Assembly: GCA_030017835.1 (NCBI GenBank)
Contig: JASEGU010000001.1
Location: 24,341 to 88,340, forward strand
Reading direction: 5' to 3'
Source of the DNA: Actinomycetota bacterium
GTDB lineage: Bacteria > Actinomycetota > Aquicultoria > UBA3085 > Oleimmundimicrobiaceae
DNA: 64,000 nucleotides
Within the stretch, counting starts at the first letter, position 1, and every line of letters begins with the position of its first letter. Below, piece by piece: positions 20,293 to 32,376 of the stretch. Made by a program: the position numbers and the translations under genes. A model generated the notes under the pieces. The model did not search any database and was not told where the DNA came from. It saw nothing but the letters and a program-made list of their open reading frames with translations.

Positions 20293-21123
20293 ATGCAAGA
20301 TTTCATATTATCTTTTTTTATCGCTCTCATCACCGCCGCCGCCCTTAGCACCCTCGTCCTTTCGGTCCTCTCAAAAACCCCTTACGCAAGAGAGAATTAT
20401 AGAGGCGTAAAAGTCATTGCCGGAAGCGGTCTCATCATCCCGATCAATATTCTAATTCACCTCCTCTTGGTTCAGATCATCGCAAGACCGGACTTAGCGT
20501 CCTCTCCCATCTCAATCCAGATGGTAATCTTCATGCTAATATCCCTAGCCATCCTTGGAGCAATAGACGATCTTAAGGGCGACAGGAGCACGGGAGGCTT
20601 TAAGGGCCATTTCGGGCGCCTACTGAAGGGCGAGCTTACGACGGGCTCGATTAAGGCGCTCGGCGGTGGTCTTGTGGCGATAATTGCGGCCTATCCCTCA
20701 TCCAGCAATCTCTTCGAACTGATAATCAAGGCCCTTGCCATCGCCCTATTCATAAATCTCTTCAATCTTTTGGATTTGCGGCCTGGACGGGCGCTCAAAG
20801 TTTTCATAATATTAGGGGTAGCGATAGCCTTAATGATTCCTTGGCGAGAGTCGCTCTCGATCTGGGGAGCCGTGATGGCAACAGGTTTAGTTCTGCTCCA
20901 CGTCGACCTTTCCGAGCGGGGCATGCTAGGAGACGTTGGATCAAATCTTTTGGGCGGTCTGACAGGTTACTTCATAGTAACAAGGGCAAGTTTTTCGATA
21001 AATTTGATCCTTCTCACCCTTCTTGTGTTCATAAATCTTTACTCGGAAAAGAGGTCAATCTCCGAGTTGATTGAGCGAGTATCCTTCTTGCGCTGGCTGG
21101 ACGAATTGGGCAGAAGGGTTTAA
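20293..21123 (+). CDS. Polytopic membrane protein, divergent MraY/WecA (PNPT, GT4)-like
   Basis: It has about 8 predicted TM helices. A GAIDDLKG segment resembles the PNPT DD motif. A NLFNLLDLRPG segment resembles NxxNxxDGxDG with the second acidic pair replaced. It is only 276 aa. Confidence 0.35.
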   Translation: MQDFILSFFIALITAAALSTLVLSVLSKTPYARENYRGVKVIAGSGLIIPINILIHLLLVQIIARPDLASSPISIQMVIFMLISLAILGAIDDLKGDRSTGGFKGHFGRLLKGELTTGSIKALGGGLVAIIAAYPSSSNLFELIIKALAIALFINLFNLLDLRPGRALKVFIILGVAIALMIPWRESLSIWGAVMATGLVLLHVDLSERGMLGDVGSNLLGGLTGYFIVTRASFSINLILLTLLVFINLYSEKRSISELIERVSFLRWLDELGRRV

Positions 21124-21156
21124 GTGGCCTCGGAGAGTAAACTGGAGGGCTTTTAA

Positions 21157-23905
<2,749 letters not shown>

Positions 23906-23906
<1 letters not shown>

Positions 23907-24982
23907 TGCGCTTTAGATCCGCCAAAGTAGTCGAAGTGGTTGAGAAGAACTCTGCCATCTCGAACCTAATAGTCGAATTGGAAGGCCGTAAATTTACGGC
24001 CGTAAATTTCAACGACTTAACGGGTCCGTCCGCTCCCGGTGATGAGGTGGTCGTGAATACCTCAGCCATCGATTTAAAACTTGGCAGCGGCGGGGCCCAC
24101 TTCGTCCTCTGGAACCTCAAAAGAAGGGACTTTGAGACCGCAAACCTGGGCCACATCATCAAGATGAGATACACGCCGCTTCAGGTCCCAATTCTTTCAG
24201 TCGAGGAGCAGGAGAGCCCCCACCACGAAGAGATGAGTAATACCGAGCTATTTGGGATGCCCTGCATAATCGGAAGTCTCCACAGTCAACTTGCTCCCGT
24301 AGTTTTAACGATCAAGGCGGTGGCGCCCAAGGTGAAGGTAGCTTACGTCATGACGGATGGAGGAGCTCTACCCCTAGCCTTAAGTGACACTGTCACGCAT
24401 CTCAAAATGTCCGGCCTGTTAGATAGCAGTATAACCGTCGGCCAAGCCTTCGGCGGAGATCTGGAGGCCATCAATATCTATAGCGGTCTCATTGCCTCAA
24501 AGTATGTCGCAAAAGCCGATATCGCGGTAATAATGATGGGTCCTGGCATCGTTGGGACCAATACTCCGCTCGGATTTTCCGGGATCGAACAGGGGCAGAT
24601 AATAAACGCGGTCCATTCTCTGGGCGGCTATCCGATAGCCATCCCGAGGATTAGTTTCAAGGATAAGAGGGAGAGGCACTTTGGTCTCAGTCATCACTTC
24701 GTCACCTCCCTCACCAAGGTAGCTCTTGCCAAAAGCTCCATAATCCTTTCCGATATGCCCAAGGCTGAGATGGACTTGGTCAAAAAGAGGTTGGATTCAA
24801 GCGGACTCTCAGCAAAACACGCAGTCGAAATCGTCTTAAATGAGATTACTTTGAGTGCGATAAAAGAGAGCGGAATTAAACTTACCACCATGGGCAGGAC
24901 TCCAGACGAGGAGCCAGTCTTCTTCAAGACGGCCGGAAGCTCTGGCCTTTACGCCTTAAGACTCTTGGGAGTCGAGTTTTGA
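23906..24982 (+). CDS. Conserved hypothetical protein (DUF3866-like)
   Basis: It is 358 aa with no recognisable catalytic motif. It resembles a conserved uncharacterised family found in Clostridia and Actinobacteria. It is translationally coupled to its neighbours. Confidence 0.4.
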
Positions 24983-25521
24983 TGGAAGAGAGCCCCTATC
25001 TCACTGTCCAGTCGGACCTCAAATTTAAGGGCAAGATATTTCAGCTAAAAGTGGAGCAGGTGCAAGGCCCAGGGGGCGAAAGATTCGAGCGTGAAGTGGT
25101 TGAGCACTCTCAAGCGGTCGCCATAGTGGCCCTTGACACAGAAGGGCGGCTGCTTCTGGTGAAGCAGTATAGGCACGCAGCCAAAAAGGAGCTCTGGGAG
25201 ATTCCGGCCGGCTTGATGGAAGAGGGGGAGGAGCCGCTAGAGGCCGCCAAGAGGGAGCTTTTCGAGGAGACGGGTTTTGAGGCCAGAAAATTTGACCATC
25301 TCTTAAGCTTCTATTTTACTCCGGGCAACAGTACCGAGCAGCTTCACCTCTTTCTGGCCGACGACCTCTCTCAGAGGACCGATTTTATCGACCACGACGA
25401 GATAATCGACTTCTCCAGATTCTCCCCAGCCGAGGCCGCCTCGATGATGGAGCAAGGCGAGATAATAGACTCCAAGACGATAATTGGCCTTTTGTTGCTA
25501 GAGCGTCATCTTAAAGGGTGA
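24979..25521 (+). CDS. NUDIX hydrolase (ADP-ribose pyrophosphatase-like)
   Basis: It carries a Nudix box (GLMEEGEEPLEAAKRELFEETG) and is 180 aa. It lies in the pyrG-nudix-xerD order seen in Actinobacteria. Confidence 0.8.
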   Translation: MMEESPYLTVQSDLKFKGKIFQLKVEQVQGPGGERFEREVVEHSQAVAIVALDTEGRLLLVKQYRHAAKKELWEIPAGLMEEGEEPLEAAKRELFEETGFEARKFDHLLSFYFTPGNSTEQLHLFLADDLSQRTDFIDHDEIIDFSRFSPAEAASMMEQGEIIDSKTIIGLLLLERHLKG

Positions 25522-25525
25522 AGAG

Positions 25526-26419
25526 ATGCAGGATATCTTAAAGGAGTACCTAAACTATCAGGCGGTGGAGAAGGGTCTCTCTAACAACTCCATCTTGGCT
25601 TACCGCCGGGATCTCTTGCGCTACATAGATTTCTTGAAGAGTGACAGGGGCTCATCGCCCGAGGCGGCCACCCGTCAAGATATCCTTGATTATCTGGAGT
25701 CATTAAAATCGAGCGGACTTGCCGCAAGCAGCATAGCCCGGAGCGTGGCCGCCATAAAATCCTTTCACAAATTTCTAGTCAGAGAGTCGATAACCGAAAA
25801 TTTTCCAACCGTGAGCCTTAAGCTTCCCAAAATTGCAAAACGACTTCCCAAGGCCCTCTCCGTCTCAGATGTCTTGCGCCTTCTAGATGAACCCAAGGGC
25901 TCTTCCCCCCCTAAGCTCAGGGACAAGGCCATCCTCGAGGTCTTTTACGCAACTGGGGTAAGGGTGAGCGAACTCGTCTCGATCAAGATAGAGGATATCG
26001 ATTTCGAATCCGGCTATATCCGCGTCTTCGGCAAGGGTTCTAAGGAGCGGGTGGTTCCGATAGGCTCTTACGGTCTGGCCGCAGTCGATAATTATCTTAA
26101 GAACGGCCGGGCCAAACTAGCCAAGGGAGATAGGCAGGGTTTTCTCTTCTTGAATCAACGAGGCCGGCCCTTAACTCGCCAGGGGTGCTGGAAGATACTT
26201 AAGGCCTACTCCAAAGCGGCTGGCATAAAGGAGATAAGCCCCCACGCTCTTCGTCACTCCTTCGCCACAAATCTTCTCCAGGCCGGGGCCGACCTTAGGT
26301 CCGTTCAGGAGATGCTCGGTCACGCTGACATCTCTACCACCCAGATCTACACCCACGTCTCCAGAGAGCACCTAAGAGAGGTCTACATGATGAATCATCC
26401 CAGGGCTAAGAAGAGGTGA
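25526..26419 (+). CDS. xerD: Tyrosine recombinase XerD/XerC
   Basis: It has the N-terminal SAM-like domain and the C-terminal catalytic R..H..R..Y region (HALRHSFATNLLQAGADLRSVQEMLGHADISTTQIYTHV). Confidence 0.85.
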   Translation: MQDILKEYLNYQAVEKGLSNNSILAYRRDLLRYIDFLKSDRGSSPEAATRQDILDYLESLKSSGLAASSIARSVAAIKSFHKFLVRESITENFPTVSLKLPKIAKRLPKALSVSDVLRLLDEPKGSSPPKLRDKAILEVFYATGVRVSELVSIKIEDIDFESGYIRVFGKGSKERVVPIGSYGLAAVDNYLKNGRAKLAKGDRQGFLFLNQRGRPLTRQGCWKILKAYSKAAGIKEISPHALRHSFATNLLQAGADLRSVQEMLGHADISTTQIYTHVSREHLREVYMMNHPRAKKR

Positions 26420-26428
26420 AATAAGGCC

Positions 26429-27649
26429 ATGCCAACCGGTAACGATAAGCGCCTATTTGATCGCTCCATCGTGATCATTCTCGATGGCCTTGGGGTGGGC
26501 GAGCTTGATGATGCCAAAGATTACGGAGATGCCGGGAGCAACACTTTAGCAAATACGGCCAAAGCTGTGGGAGGATTTAGCCTGCCAAATCTTGAGAGGC
26601 TAGGGCTTGGAAGGATAATCGATATCGAAGGAGTTTTGGCGGTTTTGACGCCCGAAGGATCATTCGGTAAGATGGCTGAGATCTCGGCGGGTAAGGATAG
26701 CACGAGCGGTCATCTGGAGATGATGGGCCTCCCCATAGAGAAGCCCTTTCCGGTCTATCCTAAAGGTTTCCCGAGCGAGATAATCTCGAGTTTTGAGGAG
26801 AGGATAGGAAGAAGAGTCCTGTGCAACCGGCCAGCCTCAGGAACAGAGGTGATAAAGGAGTTCGGCGAGGAGCACTTGAAGACCAAGCGACCGATAGTCT
26901 ACACCTCTGCCGATAGCGTATTTCAGATCGCCGCCCATAAGGATGTCTGCCCGGTGGAAGAACTATACGAAATGTGCCGCAAGGCAAGAGACCTTTTAAG
27001 GGGCAAAGATGAGGTATGCAGGGTGATAGCCCGTCCCTTTGCGGGCGAGATCGGCGGATTCTACCGTACCCCAGAGAGGCGCGATTTCTCCCTGGAGCCT
27101 TTCGGCAAGACCGCCCTCGACTATGCAGTCGCTTCGGGCCTTAGCGTCTTTGGGGTGGGCAAGATTTCCGAGATATTCATGGGCCGGGGGATAAGCGAGT
27201 CGATCCATGCCGATTCGAATATGGACGGGATCGATAAGATCCTGAGTCTAATAGAGCGAGGCGAGAGGGGGATAATCCTTGCCAACCTAGTCGATTTCGA
27301 TATGCTCTGGGGTCACAGGAATGATCCCTTGGGTTTTGCAAAAGGTCTGGAGGCGGTCGACGCAAGGATTCCTGAGATCATGTCTTGCCTTAAGGAGAAT
27401 GACGCCCTCTTTTTTTCGGCCGATCACGGCTGCGACCCGACCACAGAGAGCACCGATCATTCAAGGGAGCACGTTCCCTTGCTGGCATGCGGCGAGCGGA
27501 TCGAGGCCGGGATAGATATCGGGATCAGGAAGAGCTTTGCCGATTTGGGTAAGACCATTTCAGAGCTCCTAGACTTTGAGGCGGATATCTTGGGAGAGAG
27601 CTTTGCTTCTCTCATCGCGCCCTCGCTCAAAGGGGTGATAGAGGCGTGA
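26429..27649 (+). CDS. deoB: Phosphopentomutase
   Basis: It is 406 aa and has the alkaline-phosphatase-superfamily metal-site N-terminus (IVIILDGLGVGE..D). It is followed by a nucleoside phosphorylase gene. Confidence 0.85.
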   Translation: MPTGNDKRLFDRSIVIILDGLGVGELDDAKDYGDAGSNTLANTAKAVGGFSLPNLERLGLGRIIDIEGVLAVLTPEGSFGKMAEISAGKDSTSGHLEMMGLPIEKPFPVYPKGFPSEIISSFEERIGRRVLCNRPASGTEVIKEFGEEHLKTKRPIVYTSADSVFQIAAHKDVCPVEELYEMCRKARDLLRGKDEVCRVIARPFAGEIGGFYRTPERRDFSLEPFGKTALDYAVASGLSVFGVGKISEIFMGRGISESIHADSNMDGIDKILSLIERGERGIILANLVDFDMLWGHRNDPLGFAKGLEAVDARIPEIMSCLKENDALFFSADHGCDPTTESTDHSREHVPLLACGERIEAGIDIGIRKSFADLGKTISELLDFEADILGESFASLIAPSLKGVIEA

Positions 27650-28947
27650 TAGCCTACGAAGTGATCGCCAAGAAGAGGGATGGCGAAAGCCTCACAAAAT
27701 CAGAAATAGCCCTGATGATCGAGAGCTTTCTTTGCGGAAGTTTAGCCGATTATCAGATGGCGGCCTTTCTGATGGCCTGCTACATCCGAGGCCTTAGCGA
27801 CGAGGAGACCTTCTATTTGACAGAGGCGATGGTCTCTTCCGGCAAAAGGGTCGATCTCTCAAGCGTAAGCGGCTTTAAGGTGGATAAGCACAGCACCGGT
27901 GGGGTGGGCGACAAGACCACTTTGGTCGTCTGCCCGCTTGTGGCGAGCCTTGGGACGATAGTTTCCAAATTTTCAGGCCGCGGGCTTGGCCATACCGGAG
28001 GGACTATTGATAAGCTTGAATCGGTGCCGGGCTTCTCCACAAAACTCTCGATCGAAGACCTAATTGAGCAGCTTAAGCGGATAGGGATCGCAATAGCTTC
28101 GGCAAGTGAAGAGATCAACCCGGCTGACAAGAGGCTTTACGCCTTGCGCGATGTGACAGCCACCGTATCGTCCACGCCGCTCATCGCCTCAAGCATAATG
28201 AGCAAGAAGATAGCGGCCGGCTCCGAACGGCTGGTTCTGGACGTCAAAGTCGGCCCTGGAGCCTTTCTAACCGATATCGATGAGGCCAAAAAGCTCTCCC
28301 GTCTGATGCTGGATATCGCAAAGAGGGCCAAGATGCGGGCGGTCGCCGTGATCAGCCGAATGGATGAACCCTTGGGCAAGGCCGCCGGAAACTCGCTTGA
28401 GGTCATAGAGGCAACAGAGACCCTCAAGGGCCGCGGGCCGAGCGATCTTGTTGAACTCTCTAAAGTTTTGGCGGCAAGGATGCTGAGCCTTGGTGGCCTT
28501 TTGACCATATCTCAAGCCGAAGAGGCTGCAAACCTGGCTCTGGCCAGCGGGGCGGCCTTAAATAAATTTGTCGAGCTTCTGGCCGCCCAGGGCGGGGACG
28601 AAAGGGCGGCTCACGATTACGGCCTCCTTCCAAGAGCAAAAGAGATAAGGGGGGTCTCGCTAAAAGAGAGCGGTTATGTGACCTCGATCGATGCCAAAGC
28701 CATCGGTCTAACCCTGGTTGAGATCGGCGCCGGGCGCAAACGGGCCGAGAGTGAAATAGACCATTCGGTCGGCGTCATCCTCGGAAAGAAGGTGGGCGAC
28801 CGCGTCGATATCGGCGAAGAGATAGCCGAGGTGCACGCCTCAAACCCAGCCGATGCTGAAATGGCCAGGGCCCACATTGCCAAAGCTTACAGGGTCGGCA
28901 AAAAAAAGCCCCTTGCAAAAGGCATCATAATCGATATCCTTGAATAG
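27646..28947 (+). CDS. pdp: Pyrimidine-nucleoside (thymidine) phosphorylase
   Basis: It carries a glycosyl-transferase family 3 motif (DKHSTGGVGDKTT) and is 433 aa. The GTG start overlaps the deoB stop. Confidence 0.85.
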   Translation: MIAYEVIAKKRDGESLTKSEIALMIESFLCGSLADYQMAAFLMACYIRGLSDEETFYLTEAMVSSGKRVDLSSVSGFKVDKHSTGGVGDKTTLVVCPLVASLGTIVSKFSGRGLGHTGGTIDKLESVPGFSTKLSIEDLIEQLKRIGIAIASASEEINPADKRLYALRDVTATVSSTPLIASSIMSKKIAAGSERLVLDVKVGPGAFLTDIDEAKKLSRLMLDIAKRAKMRAVAVISRMDEPLGKAAGNSLEVIEATETLKGRGPSDLVELSKVLAARMLSLGGLLTISQAEEAANLALASGAALNKFVELLAAQGGDERAAHDYGLLPRAKEIRGVSLKESGYVTSIDAKAIGLTLVEIGAGRKRAESEIDHSVGVILGKKVGDRVDIGEEIAEVHASNPADAEMARAHIAKAYRVGKKKPLAKGIIIDILE

Positions 28948-28993
28948 TCGATCCGATCTTGGCTGGATAAAAACCTGCGGAGAATGGAAAGAG

Positions 28994-29266
28994 ATGAGAA
29001 GTTTTCTTAGAATCTGGCGCGCCTTTTCAGCTCTGGTCGCAATCTCGCTAATCATACTCATCCTCATCAAGTTCATTCCTCCCCTTTTTGACCTGGCCTT
29101 AAGCGGAAAGGTTTTCACAGCTCTTCTCGGTCTCTTGGTCTTTGTCGTAATGCCCGGCATAATATCCCTTTCTATCTACTTCATCTTGATGATACCCGTC
29201 GCCTATCTATTCGGTAGATACGATAATAGATCGAAGGGGGACTTGGATGAGACCCTCCCCAAATAA
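28994..29266 (+). CDS. Small membrane protein (about 3 TM helices), unknown function
   Basis: It has hydrophobic segments. A GGAGAA SD lies 9 nt upstream of the ATG at 28994. The longest ORF would start at 28940, inside the pdp 3' end. Confidence 0.4.
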   Translation: MRSFLRIWRAFSALVAISLIILILIKFIPPLFDLALSGKVFTALLGLLVFVVMPGIISLSIYFILMIPVAYLFGRYDNRSKGDLDETLPK

Positions 29267-29331
29267 TGGGTTCCCTACATAAACCCGCAAATCTATGCTA
29301 GCATTGATTTAATTATCATCTACTCTTTGAG

Positions 29332-32031
29332 GTGAACATGACAAAAAGACTGCCGCTTCTTATACCAATCATCTTCATCGGGATAAGCCTGCTAGGCACG
29401 GCCTCCGGAATTTATACCGATTTTCTCTGGTTCTCTGAGCTCGGTTACAAGTCCGTCTTCTTCAAGGCTCTGGCCACAAAATCATCCGTCTTCTTGATTT
29501 CATTTCTGGTTGCCTATCTCTTTTTATATTTAAACTTAAGCATTGCCCAAAGGTTTGCCCCAAAGTATCAGGTTGAAGGGGATAACCAGATAGTCATAAT
29601 CAACCCCCCCTTAAAGCGGCTTTCGGGACCAATAACCATCTTTACCGCGGCCCTCTTCTCCTTCTTCATGGCAATCATCGCCCAAGAATTTTGGCTCGAT
29701 ATCCTGCGCTACAATAACGCCACCCCCTTTGGAAAGATCGACCCCATATTTCAAAAGGATATCGCCTTCTATGTATTTTCCCTGCCCCTATATCAGTTGG
29801 TCCACGGCTGGCTTACGGCCCTTATCATGGCCGGCCTCATCGCAACCATTCTTTCCTACTTTTTGAGCCGCGGTCTGGTCATCGGCAAAAAGAACTTCTA
29901 TAAACTCTCATTTGAGGCCAAGGGACACCTGCTCGTTTTGGCCGGCCTCTTTTTTCTTGCCCTCTCTTTGGGTTATCTCCTTCAGAGCTACGGACTCCTC
30001 TATTCGGGTCGTGGGGTAGCCTTTGGGGTCGCCTATACGGACATCTATGCCGAGCTTCCGATGCTCCGCTTGAAGATGCTTGCCTCGAGCCTGGTGGCCG
30101 TCTTCATCTTCCTAAATATTTGGCGAGCGGGCTTTCGTCCCCTTTTGGTCGGTCTCGCAGTCCTTCTCTTTACCATCGTAATCGGCGGAATATACCCAGC
30201 TCTCATCCAGCGGCTGGTGGTCTCCCCCAATGAGATGGCCAGAGAAGAAGGGTATATAGCCTATAATATCGAAAATACCAGGGCGGCCTACGGGATAGAC
30301 AAGGTCGTCGAGACCGAGATGTCGGCAGAGGACGGACTTTCAGCCGACGATCTCATCGCCAATGAGGCGACCATCAGAAACATCCGCCTCTGGGACTGGC
30401 GACCCCTCAAGACGACCTTTAAACAGATTCAAGAGATAAGACCCTATTATGTCTTCAACGATGTCGATATAGACCGTTACAAATTCAACGCAAGTTTTGA
30501 ACAAGTGGCCCTCTCGGCCCGCGAGCTCTCGATCGACAACCTGCCAAGTTCGGCCAAGACCTGGGTAAACGAGCACCTAGTCTATACCCACGGCTATGGT
30601 TTTTGTCTAAATCCGGTCAACAAGGTGACCAGCGACGGCCTGCCCGATTTTTACGTCAAGGATATTCCGCCCAAGAGCAACGTCAATCTCTCCATCGAGA
30701 GGCCCGAGATCTACTACGGTGAGATCAATAACGCCTACTCGATCATCAAAGTAAACGAGCCGACCAGAGAGCTCGATTACCCCAAGGGCGATGTCAACGA
30801 GTACACCGTATATGAAGGCGGCGGCGGCATAGAGTTATCCTTTTTAAGGAAGATAGCCTTTTCGATCAGGTTCGGCACCATAAAGCCCCTCATCAGCAGC
30901 GCTATCAGGGAGGATAGCCGGATTATCTTTGATCGGACGATAGAGTCGAGGGCCTCCAACTTGGCCCCCTTCCTCTCTTTCGATGGCGATCCCTATCTGG
31001 TAGTCGAAGGCGGCCGTCTATATTGGATGCTCGATGGCTATACTACGACTTCGATGTATCCCTATTCGACTCCGACAGACGGCTTCAATTACATAAGGAA
31101 CTCGGTCAAGGTCGTCATGGATGCTTACGACGGTGACATCACCTTCTTCGTATTCGATGAGACAGATCCCCTCATCAACTCCTATAGGAAGATATTTCCA
31201 GACCTCTTCAAGGATGCCAGCGAGATGAAAGAGGGCTTAAAGGCGCACATAAGATACCCTGTCGATCTAATGAAGGTTCAGGCCCGGATCTACTCGACTT
31301 ATCACATGGCCGATCCCCAGGTATTCTATAGCAAGGAGGACACTTGGGCGCTTCCGGGCGAGATCTATGGCGACGAAGAGATAGAGATGGAGCCCTACTA
31401 CATCATCATGAAGCTCATGGGCGAGGAGAGCGAGGAGTTTCTGCTGATGCTACCCTTTACGCCTTCGGGCAAGAACAATATGATAGGTTGGATGGCCGTC
31501 CGATGCGACGGAGATAATTATGGTCAGATGATAGTCTACAAATTTCCAAAGGATAAACTGATCTTCGGTCCGATGCAGATAGAGGCGCGCGTCAACCAGG
31601 ACCCCACAATCTCGCGGGAGCTCACCCTCTGGGGGCAGCGGGGATCCAGCGTGATAAGGGGCAACCTTCTAGTGATACCGATCGAGAAATCCGTCCTCTA
31701 CGTCGAGCCCCTCTATTTGAAGGCCGAACAGAGCGAGCTTCCCGAGCTTAAACGTGTCATCGTCGGTTACGGAAATCGCGTAGTCATGGAGGAGACCCTC
31801 GAGGCGGCATTGACCAGGGTATTTGGCACAGGCGATGGGGGTGAGCCCCCGCCCGAGGCGCCCATACCGACTGCCGGTGAGACTACCATAGAAGAGCTTA
31901 TAAAGAGGGCAAACGAACATTTCAGCCGGGCCGAAGCCTATCAGAAGGACGGCAATTGGGGTGCATACGGCGAGGAGATCGCAAGACTCAAAGAGGTCTT
32001 GGCCGAGCTCGATGGGCGCATAAATCCCTAA
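29332..32031 (+). CDS. UPF0182-family large integral membrane protein
   Basis: It is 899 aa. An N-terminal polytopic region (YTDFLWF motif) is followed by a large extracytoplasmic domain. Family architecture typical of Actinobacteria and Clostridia. Confidence 0.7.
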   Translation: MNMTKRLPLLIPIIFIGISLLGTASGIYTDFLWFSELGYKSVFFKALATKSSVFLISFLVAYLFLYLNLSIAQRFAPKYQVEGDNQIVIINPPLKRLSGPITIFTAALFSFFMAIIAQEFWLDILRYNNATPFGKIDPIFQKDIAFYVFSLPLYQLVHGWLTALIMAGLIATILSYFLSRGLVIGKKNFYKLSFEAKGHLLVLAGLFFLALSLGYLLQSYGLLYSGRGVAFGVAYTDIYAELPMLRLKMLASSLVAVFIFLNIWRAGFRPLLVGLAVLLFTIVIGGIYPALIQRLVVSPNEMAREEGYIAYNIENTRAAYGIDKVVETEMSAEDGLSADDLIANEATIRNIRLWDWRPLKTTFKQIQEIRPYYVFNDVDIDRYKFNASFEQVALSARELSIDNLPSSAKTWVNEHLVYTHGYGFCLNPVNKVTSDGLPDFYVKDIPPKSNVNLSIERPEIYYGEINNAYSIIKVNEPTRELDYPKGDVNEYTVYEGGGGIELSFLRKIAFSIRFGTIKPLISSAIREDSRIIFDRTIESRASNLAPFLSFDGDPYLVVEGGRLYWMLDGYTTTSMYPYSTPTDGFNYIRNSVKVVMDAYDGDITFFVFDETDPLINSYRKIFPDLFKDASEMKEGLKAHIRYPVDLMKVQARIYSTYHMADPQVFYSKEDTWALPGEIYGDEEIEMEPYYIIMKLMGEESEEFLLMLPFTPSGKNNMIGWMAVRCDGDNYGQMIVYKFPKDKLIFGPMQIEARVNQDPTISRELTLWGQRGSSVIRGNLLVIPIEKSVLYVEPLYLKAEQSELPELKRVIVGYGNRVVMEETLEAALTRVFGTGDGGEPPPEAPIPTAGETTIEELIKRANEHFSRAEAYQKDGNWGAYGEEIARLKEVLAELDGRINP

Positions 32032-32074
32032 ATTATCGCCCATCAATTTGATTCGATCATTTAAAGGAGGGCCT

Positions 32075-32323
32075 ATGGAAGAGGTCGGCAAGGTTACTCA
32101 TTATTTTGCCCACATCCAGGTGGCGGTGGTCGACATATTGAGCGGTGAGCTCAAGGTGGGCGACAGGATCAAGATCAGCGGTCATACCACAGATTTTGAG
32201 CAGACGCTGGGGTCGATGGAGGTCGAACGGAAGAAGGTCGAAAGAGCCGCCGTTGGCGACTTGGTGGCGATCAAAGTTGAGAGCCAAGTTCGAGAGAACG
32301 ACCTCCTATTCAAGCTGACCTGA
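32075..32323 (+). CDS. Small hypothetical protein (about 82 aa, EF-Tu domain-2-like beta-barrel character)
   Basis: It is an ORF with a GGAGGG SD 6 nt upstream of the ATG. It has alternating hydrophobic beta-strand pattern (KVGDRIKISG...GDLVAIKV). Confidence 0.4.
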   Translation: MEEVGKVTHYFAHIQVAVVDILSGELKVGDRIKISGHTTDFEQTLGSMEVERKKVERAAVGDLVAIKVESQVRENDLLFKLT

Positions 32324-32376
32324 TGATCTCTTTCTTGAAACCCAAATTCATTCAAGAGCCCATTTAAGGAAAGGCC

